Part shown: piece after piece, positions 47,201-61,000 of the stretch
Position numbering within the stretch: the stretch's first letter is position 1
Layout: each line of letters starts with the position of its first letter
Assembly (NCBI GenBank): GCA_016748015.1
Contig: JAAOMT010000523.1
Span: 1,258,437-1,322,436, forward strand
Direction: 5' to 3'
Length of the DNA stretch: 64,000 nt
From: Geosiphon pyriformis uo1
Taxonomy: Eukaryota > Fungi > Glomeromycota
The notes under the pieces: generated by a model
The model's database searches: none
Seen by the model: the letters and a program-made list of their open reading frames with translations, nothing else
Told to the model about the DNA's origin: nothing
Translations under genes and position numbers: made by a program

Positions 47201-50200
47201 CCTGCATCTATAATTCCTCTTCTAACATTGATTCCTTTGCTTGCCAGTAATAATCTGGATGCAATTTGAACCATTGATTCTAGTGGTATTTTAAGAGCAA
47301 TTTTGAGGTTAATTTTTGTTAAAGATTTTAGTTAAAAAACCAAAGTGTCTTTGCCAAGATATCTTAAATTATATTCTGCATCGATTTTATGGACTTTTTC
47401 TGGTTTTATTTCTTGTTTATTGTTGTCAAAGTATTTGAGTTGTATAACAGGCTGATTTTTAGTAAGATAGATTAGAGTTGTTGTAATTTCTTTTTCTCTC
47501 TTAGATTCTCTAAATTAAATTTTCTTCTGGTTATCTTTGTTGAGTAGGAGAATGCTAAGGGCATAGCATTCTGAACACTCTTTGTTATTACAAGGCATGA
47601 TACATTTTTCACACAATTGAATGTTCATTTGTTTTAATTGTTAAATTTGAGTTTCTTGGATTAGATAAGTATGACTTGCAATTTGGTGGTATGTTTCTAC
47701 TTTATCTTCATAGTTAAATCCAGCTAATTTCATTGTGTATTCAATGTATTCAGCTTTCTTTATTTGGTGGACATCTTTTTATGTGGCTTTATTGATCAAA
47801 GCCATTGCTAAGTCAAAGATTATTTCAGTATCATAAAAATAGTAGTAAAGTTTGTTGAGAGCACTGTTGTATACTGCATTGAAGAGTGTTCTTTTTCTGA
47901 CTTTTTCTTAAATTGATAGAGCATATTGACAGATTTAATTACATACTTCTTCTCTCATTGTAACATCAATTCAGTTGTATTCTTCTGATAACATATTTCC
48001 ACATGTGAGACAAGAAGTGTTGTTCCATTTTCTACTTTGTTTGGAATATTCAAATCATTCTCTATGGCATGCTTTACAGTAGTAATAGGTGTGAGTTTTA
48101 TATTTTTCTTTTGGAAAAATACATGCTTCTATTGATGAAAGTTTTTTGTTGCAATTTTTGCATTTAAGTGGGATGTAAGATGATTGTTTCTGTGTTTCTG
48201 GTGTAAAATATCTAATTACATTTCATTTTCTGGTCTCCTCAAAGATTTCTTGTTCTGTTTCTTCAGCCCAATTGAATGTTGATCTAAGAGCCATAAAGGT
48301 TTCAGTAATTGGTAATTCTTTTTCCTCTTCAAATTCGAATACTAGAGCTTTTTCAGATTTTTTATTAAAAGTACCACAGGTGGCAAGTACTTTGGTATAT
48401 TGTCTTTAGTATGAAATTTTTAATTTTTGGGTTTTTCAGTCTAAATTTGCATTGACTTTGAGAAGCCAATCATTTCTGACAAGAGCTTGGTATTGAGGTG
48501 CATTTATAACTAAAATTTTGACTGGAATTGTAATTTCATCAATGGTAAATAGGAAGTTGTTAATTTCTCTTACTGGTATTTTTTTTATATCATCTGCTGT
48601 AACAATAACTGTTTGGACAGATCTGTTAACAGTTTATTAAAATTGTTGCATTAATTGATAGATAATAATAATATTAGCAGATCTATTGTCTAGATTGGTT
48701 TTCTTTCTACTTCAGCTTCAGTATATATAGCTGTAATTACTTTTTGTTTATTAACTGCTGCATTGCTAAGCAAGAATGGTGATTCATTTGCTTTAAATTC
48801 GAATGAGAATATATCTGAAAGGTTGGTGTTTTGGGCAATTTGGGCTGGTGGAATAGTATTGTTGGAAGGGTTTGATTTTGGTGTTGTAGCTTTACCTTTA
48901 AAAAGTGCAGTTTGTTGAAAATTCTGTTCTTCAGACATTGTAAGATAACTGGATTGAGTGTGATAGTAATTGGGTTTTTGCTAACCAGAATTTCGAAGAC
49001 CAACTGGTTGTTTAAGTTGATTCTGTTGTTGTTATTCTAAAATCAATTTTGAGGTGTAAATTGGTTTTGGTAAACCAATTTTTAAGCAGATATTAGACAT
49101 TGTTGAGTAAATGGTGCTTGATATTGCTGAATTGGTAAAGGTTGCTGATATTATTGTTGTATTGATTGTGGAACAGATTGATAGTAATTGTTTTGATTTT
49201 GTGGTCTTGGTAAGTAATAAGTTGGTGATAGAGGTTGGTAATAAGATTGTTGTGGTAAAAAGTGATATTAATTACTCTTATTTTGTTGGTCTCTTTGTAG
49301 CTTTCTGCAATCTTATTTCCAATGTTCTGGAATTTTACAATAATAACAGCTCTGTGGTTAACTGTTTGGTAATGATGAGTAGTTGTTTTGGTTTCATTGT
49401 TGTGATGGCTGGTATTTTTGTGTTTGTTGTTGCTGTTGTTGGTTGGTGAAATAGTTTTCAACCTTTTTTGTAAGTTGGTCATATTTTTTTTTCAGCTGTT
49501 GAGCTGGTTGCTCTAATAGCAAGATTTACAAGTTTTGTGTGATTGGCTTCTTCTATAGTTATTTCATAATTTTTTGCATGTTGGATAGCAGTGAGCAAAT
49601 CTTTAGGTAAATGTAGATGCATTTTTTTTATGAGTTTATCTTTTAATTCAGTAATGAATTGATTCAAGATTTGGGCATTAGAATAGTATTCATTGGTTTC
49701 TAACTGGCAAATTTTTCTGAGAAGTTTGTTGAACTTCTCTATGTAGGTTATGACTGATTCACTTGGTTTTTGTTTGATATTTCAGAACTGATTTTGAAGG
49801 GTAATAAATGTGTTGTTGCCAATAAATTGTTGTAAAAAAGCATTTTTGAATGCTTGCCAGTTTTCAAATGATTTCTTTAAGTTTTCAAACTATTCTTCAG
49901 CTGTTCCTTGGAGAAAATATGAAATTGTTTTGAGCATTTTTGCTGCATTCCATCTATTTGCATCTCCTGCTTTTAAGACTTTATCAAGCCATTTTTGGGG
50001 GTTGGTATCATTATCTTCATCAGTGAATTCTGGAATTTTTGCAATATAAGCAGTTGCCATTTTTTCTTTGTTTTCAGTGGTTTCTTCTTGTTCCAATTCG
50101 GTTTTTTTACTTCCTAAGTTTTCCAAATGATTACTTTGGTTTTTTTCTAAGTAATTAAGAAAATTGGTGCTGGTTGATATTGGTTTCTGTTGTTGAGTAG

Positions 50201-50777
50201 AATTTTTAGGTAACTGAAAATCTTCTGGTTTTGAGAACCAGATAAGTGGTAAGTTTGGTGTTTGTGGTTAAACAAGTAAAATTGAAAATAATGTAACTGA
50301 AAGTGAAAGTTTGGTGCTGATTCTTTGTTCTGAAATTTGCAAGTGTTTGGCAGTTATTATTGGTGTTTTTGGAATGGTTGGAGTGATTCTTGAGTATTGT
50401 TTCAATTTTTGTTTGCTTTTGTTGCTTGTTTCTGTTTTTGATTTAAAGTCAATAGTGTATTTGGACTGTACTGAATATCTTTTTTTACAATACTGAATAA
50501 TGCTAAAGTTAAGTTCTTAAAAGTAAATGTTAAGTGTTTTACTATTAAGGTCTTCAATTTTCAATTGTGAATAGTGCAATAAATTATTGTAAAGACTGCT
50601 TCTAGCTTCTGAAATGTTGTAATTTCCAAAAAAATAATTGTTGATGTGGTTTTTGATGTATTGGTATAATGTTTTCTTGAGAACTTTAATTCCGTCTTGG
50701 ATGTGAAATCTTTGCTCACAGTAGGTGTAAATTGACTGATAATACTCTAAAGTTGTTGTGTTTGGTGTGGTCATCAT
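44205..50777 (-). pseudogene. gag-pol: ORF1 of D (gag to RNase H; dUTPase ~47011-47400), interrupted by a solo LTR
   Basis: Colinear with E; GIIDAGYTG and FGSTG motifs; many stops. Confidence 0.9.
44517..45486 (+). repeat. Solo LTR, family F1, TSD CTGG
   Basis: TGTTACCAG...CTGGTAACA; CTGG at 44513-44516 and 45487-45490; lies in the RNase H of D. Confidence 0.93.
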
Positions 50778-50831
50778 TTTAAAGTTGTTATTGCTATGTT
50801 ATTTTTGTGTAAGAGCACCAAATGTTACCAG

Positions 50832-51800
50832 TGTTACTGGAGGTTTTTGGTCTCTTTTCTTAAGTATTGTTAATGTCTAGTTGTTGCCAATTTACGTTTT
50901 TTAGAGATAGTTGAACCTCCAATAACTGAATTTATCTTTAAATTATCTCCTATAATTTGAACTGCTGAGCTTATAAGTGGAATAGCCAATTTTGTGCCAG
51001 TTACTTTATGTAGTTATGTTGTAGTAAACGTCAATTCTTTCCCAAGAATTGCTCATCTGGAAGCTTATTAAAAATGTGTAGTTATTTTGCTGTGAAAGTC
51101 AACTCTTCTACAGGAATCTTGTTTGTAGGCTACTCTAATGATTATGATAAAAAAATAAATAAAAAATAAAAAAAAATGTAAAAGAAATAGAATTTTGTCA
51201 AAGAAAACGTTTTCTATTCAGGCCTGGAGTCACTAACAGTTTATTGAAATTGATAACTAATCAATTTCAAAACGTTAGTTGTGTTTGAGGGAATTTTAAG
51301 TGTAATAATTTAAGGATTTGGTTTTTGAATATTTGATTTTTATTTGATTTTGTAAAAATGATTTGTTTTAATTAAGATATCTAAAGTAAAATACTATGAT
51401 AAGATATAAAAAGATATATTTTCTTAAAAAAAAAAGCTCTTCTTTTATACAACTTGTTGTAGTACTAGTCTTTGAACTTGCACTTTTTTTTTTGCTACAA
51501 TTTTGGTAAACTAAAGATATATTTTGGCAAACTACAAGTTATTTCACTAAACTATTAATTATTTCGGCCAATTTTTATTAATTTCGGCAAATTTTGACTA
51601 TGTTAAATGGTTTAGGGTATTGTGTAATTTGATCATCTTAATTTCTATGATAAAAATTGGATTATTGATTAAATAATAATAATTGCTAATTTGATTAAAT
51701 TATAAATAATAATTGAAATGGTAATTATATATGCTAATTAATAATAGGAATTATAAGGATAATTTCATGCTAATTAATAGCTAAAATTATACTGGTAACA
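50832..51800 (-). repeat. Solo LTR, family F1, inserted 9 bp from the U5 end of the 5' LTR of D; TSD CCAG/CCAA
   Basis: TGTTACCAG|TGTTACTGG...CTGGTAACA|CCAAAGGTTTTTGG. Confidence 0.85.
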
Positions 51801-51804
51801 CCAA

Positions 51805-52754
51805 AGGTTTTTGGTCTCTTTTTTTAAATATTGTTAATGTCTGATTGTTGCTAATTTACGTTTTCTAGAGATAGTTGAACCTCTAATAACTGAATTTATC
51901 TTTAAATTATCTCCTATAATTTGAACTGCTGGGCTTATAAGTGGAATGACCAATTCTCTACCAGTTACTTTATGTAGTTACATTGTAGTAAATATTAATT
52001 CTTTTCCAAAAATTGCCTATCTAGAAGTTCATTAAAGTGTGTAGTTACTTTGCTGTAAAAGTCAACTTTTCTACAAGAATCTCATTTGTAGGCTACCTTA
52101 ATAATTATGATAAGAAAAGAAAAAAAATAGAAAAAAAATATAAAAAAAGTAGAGTTTTGTTAAGTAAAATGTTTTCTATCCAGACCTGAAATCACTAACA
52201 GATTACTGAAATTGGTAGCTAATCAATTTTAAAATGTTAATTGTGTTAAGAGAATTTCAAGTGTAATAATTTGGTTTTCAAATATTTAATTTTTATTTGA
52301 GATGTATAAAAGATGATTTGTTCTAATTAAAATATCTAAAGTAAAATACTATGTTAAGATGTGAGAAGATATATTTTCTTAAAGAGAAAAGCTCTTTTTA
52401 TATACAACTTGTTGTAATACTAGTTTTTGAACTTGCACTTTTTTCCTTTTTACAATTTTGGTAAACTAAAAGTATATTTCAATAAACTACAAGTTATTTC
52501 TCTGAACTATTGATTATTTCGGCCAATTTTTATTAATTTCAGCAAATTTTAACTATGTTAAGTGGTTCAGAGTATTGTGTAATTTAATCATCTTAATTTT
52601 TATGATACAAATCGAATTATTAATTAAATAATGATATTTGATAATTGATTAAATAATAAGTAATGATTGACATAATAATAATATATACTAATTAATAATA
52701 GAAATTATAATGGTAATTTCATACTAATTAATAGCTAAAATTCTATTGGTAATA
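51805..52754 (-). repeat. Remainder of the 5' LTR of D
   Basis: Shares diagnostic variants with 30366-31312; ends TTGGTAATA followed by ATAT. Confidence 0.87.
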
Positions 52755-53984
52755 ATATACATTCAATGCATCCAAATATGCTTCAAGTCACAGTTAATCA
52801 TGCCAAAAACTTTGAATCAGCTAAATTAAAAGCCAATCATGCCCAGACCATTAATTTAGTGATAAATAGATTATTTGACTTGAATTCAAAACTGAAGCAA
52901 TTTACTGAATTCATTAATCAAAAATTAAAGAAATACTTAGCTAATAACAATCAAGCCATTTATCAGCTATCACAATAACATAAAAATCCAAAAAGTTTTA
53001 ATCAAGTCTAGAATTAGTTGTATTTATCATTATTATATCAACAGTGACAACAGAAGACACATATCTGCTACTATTATGATAAACAAGAACACTTATAAAT
53101 AAGTTGCCAATTAAGATTAAATAATCAATAATCAGATTATTAATATTGAAATCCTAATTGTCAATTTCAAACTTCAAATTATTCTCTAAATTAAGATTAA
53201 TATCAATCTTATTACTCACAAATAATGCAATAACCAATATATGCATCTCCAATTTATCAAACCCTAGTCTCAGTTATTTATTAAATGCAGCCACAAATAA
53301 TTTATCAACCCTAATCTATTCTAATACTGTCATAAAACCCAGCTCAAATGTCATTTAGAAACCAAAGGCCAAGAATTACACATATATAGCAAAACTGAAA
53401 ATCAGCAATAGTAATGTACCAACCAATCTCCAGTTTATCAAACCAGCCATCAGAATCTTGCCAACAGAGTTCAGGTACTAGGTACAGCCAAAACCTGAAT
53501 TTTCAGAACTATTTAAGTTTCTTAGTTATCCCAAAAGACACCCAATTCAACAAGCTGAAAACTAATCAAAAACAAACACTTACTAAAACATTCCATCTGC
53601 AACCATCACAAAAGATAAATCTCTTACTATAATATTCTCTTTTGAAATAGAAACTCCATTAGAAACACCATTATTCAGTAAAGTTACTCTTGACACAAAA
53701 TTCATCACTGTAATGTACACTAATGCCAAAATTAATAGTCAGTTTATCAAACTGATCCTTGACAGCAGGTTAGCAGACAGCATCATTATTACACAACAAC
53801 TTATGAACCAATTAGGTTGCTGAGTTGATCACACTGCCAGTACTAGAATTATTACAGCCAATAAAGCAATCAAAACTTCTATTGGCAAAATCAATGACTT
53901 TTCTTTTAAAATTAATGGTATTATTATATTGATTAAGGTCTTCATAATAGAAACAATTCAATATTAGACTCTTGTTGGTAATAA

Positions 53985-54360
53985 TATTATGAATAAACTG
54001 GTGGAGTATAAATGTAATATTTGGTGCTCTTAATTTGTATTGAAACCATTTTGGTCTTTTATTTGTTTGGTATTATCAGTCTCTAAAAATTTTTTCTATA
54101 TCTAAATTTACTCATGGAGTTCTTTGATTATAAAATACAGAGTTCTAATTTCATGTGTTACAACTTTCCATAAATGTGAACTATCTTTTTTGAGCTAACA
54201 AGTATAGTTGTTAGGGTTTGGTGGTGTCTTTTTGCCCTTTTGGTAAGCTAATAAAATAATGTTAATATTTAATTTTTAGGGAGAGCTTTTCTCTTTTACT
54301 AAGGTATCACAAAGTCTATTTTCAGACAGTTGATTTTTCTATGTTGCCACTTCTCAAGAG

Positions 54361-54431
<71 letters not shown>

Positions 54432-54432
54432 A

Positions 54433-54508
<76 letters not shown>

Positions 54509-55020
54509 AAAGAAAATTAGTATTGTTAATTGCTATGATCAAAAGTGATTGGTCCAAGTTGTTATGGGTTTAAGACATTTATGCTAATAACATCTATTCT
54601 AAAACAAAAATAGAAACAATAATTAGTTTAATTGAAATACAAAAGTTTAAAAAACATGTATTTGTGAGTTTGATTTTAAAAGATTATTTTATTTAAATAT
54701 GACTATAAAATATTGGGTATATAGTAAAAAAGATTATTATTATGTTTTTTTTACTGTTATATATTCTTTTTGTTTTACAAAATTGCTTCTAATTGCTTTG
54801 TTATTTCTGTTATCACTTTGTTTTTCTATGTTATTGTTAGTTATATTATGTTATAATATTTTATTCTATGTTATTGCTAGTTATACTATGTTATAATATG
54901 TTATCCTATGTTATTATGTATTATCTTATGTTTTTTATATTATCTTGTGTTATTTTGTATAGTCATGTTTTGGTCACATTTTCTTTATAACTTTGGATTA
55001 GTTTTACTATTCAGATGATA
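53985..55020 (-). repeat. 3' LTR of G (F2) containing a ~150-bp poly(A) tract (~54360-54507)
   Basis: Decayed ends TATTA...TGATA; colinear with the LTR of H. Confidence 0.82.
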
Positions 55021-56606
55021 TTATTTCTGTTTAGAATTGAGTTTCTGCAAAATTGTCTATATCTATTAATATGGCTTTGTTTGTGTAATGTTTAATTGTT
55101 ATGTTGAGTATTGTTTTTTGTAGGTCTTTTAACTGTTGGTTGGTTATTCATCCTATGTTGTTAACTGTTATAGTTTTTATAAATCTATATAACAGTACAT
55201 TTGGATAATATTGGAAAACAATATACAGTCAATATGCTGTTTTGTAATATAAGATCAGGTTGCTTCTTCCTACAAATTTTTCTACTTGTTGTATTGTTTT
55301 TTTGTTAAAAGTTTTCTGTTCAAGATCTCTGTATGGTGTCTTCAAATTTAGCTGTTTACTAATTTTGTTGAACCAATATATTAGAGGAAGTTTTTCTTTC
55401 CATTTTTGGATGTTATTATGAGATGGTTTTCTTGGTATATTTAATTGTTGATCTCCCATTTTAATTGCAATCAGTCTCTTGTGAGTTCCTCTATTTTATG
55501 TGTTGGATATTAATGATAATATATTAAAGGTTTTCTCTTGATGTTGTAATATAAGTCTTCTCTTTAATTCTAGTTGTCTTTGTATGTTGTGTACTCTTTC
55601 TCAAAGGTTAATCTGAAGTTTACCCATTGTCTGGGGTCTTCTCTGAAGCTATTCTTACAATTGTCTGATGTGTTTTTCTAATCTAGAAACACGGAATATT
55701 AATGGCCTTTTCACGATTTCTCTAAGTATATAATAAAGCTTTTTTCAATTTAATTAGTAACCACATAAATAATCTTGATCAGAGATTATTCTTCCAAAGA
55801 GTTTAAAGATGGAATGATAGTTTTATTTGCTAGAGAGAGTATGTGAATTCTATTGTTAATCTCATAATTGTGATGTTCATTCAATTTATTATTTTTATTA
55901 ATTCTTTTTGAATAAGATTTTATTTAGATATTTGTTGCTTTTAGTTGAAGCTTGTTTTTTTTTATTATTAAAACTATTGTATATATATAATTATTGTTTT
56001 ACAAAATAACGTTTTATAATACTCTATTTCTGTTATTTCTAAATAGTGCTTGCTGCTATTGTGAAATAGTATTTGCTGCTTTTGCACAATAATGCTTGCT
56101 CCTATTGTAAAATAGTGCTTGTTGCTATTACATAGTAGTGTTTGCTGTTATTTGTAAATTATTTCTTTTTATAAATTGTTGCTGTGCTATTTCATAATTG
56201 ACTGATTTATATTATTTATAATTCCTATTAAATTTTTGAATTGTAACAGTGTTGTCTGGTGTCTATTCCCTTGTTTTAGAGAGTTTAGTCTTGCAAGCTA
56301 AAGAAGCTTTAATTTTTTTTTATTTGAAGACTAAGTATTCTTTTTTTTGACTTTTTTTAGTTCCTCTTTTTTTTTTTTTCTATGTCTCATCTGAAAGAGA
56401 TTTTTTTTTTCTAATTTCTTTCTTTTAGACATTATGTAGGAATAAGAATAGTTGGTTCTAGTTGAATTCTTGTCTATTTCTTTCTTTCTTTTGTCTTTAT
56501 ATCTTATCTTTTTTTTATTGATAATAATCTTTAGTTGAGATGTTAATTGCTAAATTGCTTTAAATAGTTGTTTTAAAAGTTGTAGAATTTGATTTGAAAA
56601 ATCCAT
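55021..56606 (-). pseudogene. ORF3 of G, split by a solo LTR
   Basis: MDFSNQILQLLKQLFKAI...; C-terminal part YWFNKISKQL...IQQVEKFVG...KTAY.LYIVF resembles ORF3 of B. Confidence 0.65.
55545..56248 (-). repeat. Probable solo LTR, new family F5 (~704 bp), TSD ATGT/GTGT
   Basis: TGTAA...TGTAACA ends; ~5 copies of a ~23-bp AAATAGTGCTTGCTGCTATTGT repeat at ~56040-56150; TATA-like run at ~55980; removal rejoins ORF3 plausibly in frame. Confidence 0.6.
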
Positions 56607-56689
56607 GTTAAAGATTCTATTATTTTTTACTGTTTCTTTTTGGATATTATATATACTTGAATTTCCCAATTTAATTTGCTGTATATTGT

Positions 56690-58056
56690 TTATGTTTTGA
56701 TAACAATGATTGGTTTCAGATTTTATAGTATATTTTTTGGTCTGATTAATAGAATTTGTGTTTTTAGTTAAAGTACTAATGACAATATCTGTTGTTTTGT
56801 ATAATAAATTTTTAACCAATTTCCATAAGCTACTTTCTTTAAAATTCTGTCTTCTAATTATAATTTGTAAGTTTTATTGCTTAAAGCTTCATGTATGTAG
56901 AATGGACTATTCCATTTCAAGTCAAACTTTCTACTTCACTGTTTTTTAGCTTTTGTACAATGTAATAGGACTTGGTTTCCAATCTTGAATTCTATTGGTT
57001 GTTTAGATAGATGGTTATTATGTCTTTCTTTCTGTTGTTCTTGAGTGTTACTAATATTGTCAGCTGCTATTTTACAATTGTCTTCTAATGTTTTCATTAG
57101 CTGGTATGTTTTTTGGTATAAGATAGCTTTAAAATTTTCTTTGGTAATTGTATTTGTTGAGTAGGATAGTATTTTTTATTCAATAGGTAACATAGCTTTT
57201 CTTTCATAGACTAATTCAAATAGTGTAAACTGAATTGTATTTTGCTTCAATATTTGGTATGCCAATAATACAAAGAATATAAATAGATCTCATTCTTGTG
57301 TATTTTTATAACTTATTTTTGTTAGTGCTTTACACAATGTTTTGTTGAATTATTCTACCAGTTTATTTGTTTGTGGATGATAGAATAACAATAAAGATTG
57401 TTTTATTCCAAATCATTGGCTTAATTTAGTCAATGTATTATTAACAAAATGTATTCCTTGGTCAGATAGTAATTTTTTTGGGCATTCATGTCTGCAAATT
57501 AGGTTTTGATGTATGAATTTGGTTACTGTTTTGGTATCAGCTACTTGAATTGCTCTGACTTCTGGCCATTTTATAAGATAGTCTATGGCTATAGTAATGT
57601 ACCAATTTTTTTTAAATGTAATTGAGAGAAGACTAACCAAATTAATTTTAATGTATTAAATGGATTTCCAACTGGAATGGATTGAAGTGGTTTCATTGAT
57701 TTTGTTTTTCTTTTTCTTTGACAAAAGTTACAATTAAGCACATATTCAAAAATATTCTTATATATTGTTAGCCAATAGTACCTGTTTATGATTTTTTCCA
57801 AAGTAGCATTCTTATTAAAGTGTTTTGTAGTTGAGTCAGAATGCATGCTATGTAAAATCATTTCTTTTTCATTGTCTTTTATAACTTATTATGAGGTAAA
57901 ACAGTTTCAACATTTTTGACAATATAGCTGGTTATTTTGGATAAAGTAATTTTTGGCTTGTTTTTGTACAATACTTTGTTTCTGTTAAGATAATATCTTC
58001 TTGAACTGAAGTGTCAATAAGTACTGATGTAATCACTAATAAGTAGTGATATCTAT
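56690..58056 (-). pseudogene. int: ORF2 integrase of G
   Basis: Decayed start (ATG>ATA)DITTY; H...H...CNFC; SDQGIHF; decayed GPF motif. Confidence 0.85.
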
Positions 58057-58066
58057 GGATTTGAGA

Positions 58067-61000
58067 CTAGACTTGTATTATCTTCAACAAACTGTCAGCA
58101 TTGGTATTCTTAGATTTTTTCTTGTAATGGGCTTTGTATAAAAATTGTTGCAGATAAGTGTTCTATTGTGCATATTTTCTTCTTGGTTGTGGCTTGTTAA
58201 GTAGCCAAATAAGTTTTTTATGATCAATATATATGTCAAATAGTTGGCTAAAATAGTGTTTTCAAGTGTATATGGTCTAGTAAATGGTAAGACATTCTAA
58301 ATTCATTGTATTATATATTCTTTTAGCTGAATTTGTACTATAACTAATATACATAATTGAATGTTCTCTGTTGTTTGGTTCTATTTGGGACAAAACTGTT
58401 CTTAATGCATTCTTCAAGGCATCTATTGTGATTATAAACTTTTTGTTGAAGTTGAAGTAGATCAAAATTGGTGCTGTGATTAATTGTTGCTTAAGATAAT
58501 CAAAGATTTCTTGTTGTTCTTTTTTCTAAAAGTATAGTACATGTTTTAACAGTAAGTGGTGAAAGGGTTTGGCAATATCTAAAAATCTTTTTATGAACTA
58601 ATGATAGTATTTAGCCAGTTCTAAAAATCCTCTCAGTTCTTGTAGATTAGTTAGAACTGAAAAATCTTTGATTTTTTGTACTTTGTTTAGATCAAATTTG
58701 ACTTTATCTTTGCCAATCAAATATTCTAGAAATTTCAGTTCTTTTTTTCCAAAGAAGCATTTATCAGAGTTGAGCTTTAGCTCTGCACCTTGAAGGTGTT
58801 TAAAGATCTGTTGGAGGTAGAGTAAATGGTTGTCAAAGGTTTCAAAAAACACATTGGTATTATCTAGGTATACTACAACTGATTTTTATAGGATTTCTTT
58901 GTATACAACATCTATTAGCTGCTGAAAGATAGCAAAGGTGTTAAAAAGCCTGAAAAGCATCATGTTGAACTCAAAGTTTCTATTTTATATAGTAAATGCC
59001 ATTTTTTTTTGTTCTTTGAGTCCATTTTAACTTGTCAATATCTACTGATAAGATCTAATAACAAATACCATTTTTTATTTCTCAGATTGTCCAGAATTTT
59101 TTGAATGAGTGAAATAAGATAACTATTTCCTTAAGTAATATTATTTAGTTTCCAATAGTCCATGCAGAATCTTATCTTTTCATTTTTTTTTGTAACTAAT
59201 ACAACTAGAGAGAATCAAGAGCTTAAAAATTTTTTGATCAGTCCATTGTTAAGCATTCATTGTATTTCTTGTTTAATTAGATTATCACTGGATGAAAGTA
59301 CTTGATAAATCCATTGTTTAATAAATCAAACATCTTCTATGTCAATCTGGTGTTTCATAATATCGGTGTGTTCAAATTCATTTTTACTGGCAAAGACATT
59401 AACATATTAGTTTAATAGAACTTTGAGTTGTATCTACTGTAGCATGCTCAAGTTTCCCAAGTTTAGTTTGTTGATTTCTTCTGGTGTAAACAGATAACTT
59501 TCCTTTGGCAGATTTCATACTTGTGAGATAATGTCACAGAATAAGAATAATTGTGCAAAGTCTGAAATGGGTTGAAGTTTCTTTGGATTCTGAATGTCTG
59601 GGAATATGGAATCAATGAAGGTTTTTTCTGAGATTTTGATGGTGTCTTCTATGTAATTATAAATAAAAATCTTTAAATGGTTATGAGCTTTAAATAGTAT
59701 ATACAGATTGGCTACGTCAACTAGGAAACAGATCTTAGAATTGGCTCCAAATAATATGACTTGATCTTGAATTTTTTAATCTACTTTGAGAATATATTGT
59801 CTGTATAGAAGAATGAAAATGACTGTATCAGTGGAAATAAATTCTACCTGATCACTGTCTTCTTCTATAAAATTAACTGGTATGTTCTCTTTTTCACTTA
59901 ATTCAAATCTGTTAATTTTTTTAGTAATGAGACCTAATTCTTTGCATATAATAACTGGAATCAATTGGAGTACTTTCACAAAAGGCAAAAAGATTGCTTG
60001 GACAATCTTCTCTTGTGACTCAATTTTGTAGGTTTGTTTGAATTGTTTTGTGGCATCACAATAATGTTTCCAATATAACCAGCATCAATAATTCCTTTTT
60101 TTACATTGATTTTTTTCTTTGCAAGACTAGATCTGAATGCTATTTGTACTATCATACTAACAGGAATTTTTAACACTATTTTAAGATCTATTATTACAAG
60201 AAAGTGTAAGACTATAATTACAGATGATTGTTCAGAGTATCTTAAATTAAAACCAGTATTGGTGTTATATGCTCTTTTAAAGCATACTTTTTTGTTATTG
60301 TCACTATACTATTTCAATTCTAATTCTTTGAAAAGGTCAAGATAAATAAGATACTGTTTTATTTCAGTAATCTAACTTGACTCTTAAAACAATATGTTTT
60401 TAATAGGTAACTCATATTCTTCTTTAAGTTCTGTTAATTTTGCTATAGAATATAATGTCTTTGGAGGTGAATTAAATAGAAGATTATACTTATCACAGTA
60501 CTAAAAATGGCATAAAACCAAACAATAATTGTACAGCTTTGTGTTAAGATTAGCTAACCTTTGTTCCTATTCTTCCCAGGTAGAAACCAATTCCTAATAT
60601 CAATCCTAAAATGCATCTGGATTATCTGTGAAAAGATCATCCATAACATAGTTGAGTTTATTATATTTAAGCATGAAAGGATTGTTCTTGATTTCTCATA
60701 TTTCACAGAGTGTAGTGCTTTTGGCTTTTGCACTTACTATTCTCCAAATTTTATGCTTATTGTGTAAATAATCTTCTAATTGTATTAGTGTTTCTCTCTA
60801 AACATTCTCAATTAAAGTTCTTTTTTGTACCTAATTATTGATTAAAATTATGTATTGAAATGCTTTGTTATATGTTTTTTCTTTGCCAGATACATTATTT
60901 TAAAATTCTTTATTTGCCAGAATTTTTTCATATATAAGGCATGATATATGGTCTCATTTATCCTGTCATTTTGGTCATCCAAATTTTTTTAACACACAAA

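Larger units (their letters stand above)
30366..52754 (-). mobile_element. Full-length F1 element D (TSD ATGT/ATAT) carrying E and three solo LTRs
   Basis: 3' LTR 30366-31312; 5' LTR 50823-50831 plus 51805-52754; PBS ~50806-50820; internal segments colinear with E. Confidence 0.9.
29647..53984 (+). mobile_element. Old F3-like gag-protease fragment F (29647-30365 plus 52759-53984), host of C, D and G
   Basis: Removing D rejoins LLQYV|HSMHP, matching gag of B. Protease LILDS at ~53751. Heavily decayed. Confidence 0.82.

Noticed and set aside
54330-54548. Poly-lysine ORF
   Set aside because: Translation of the poly(A) tract inside an LTR.
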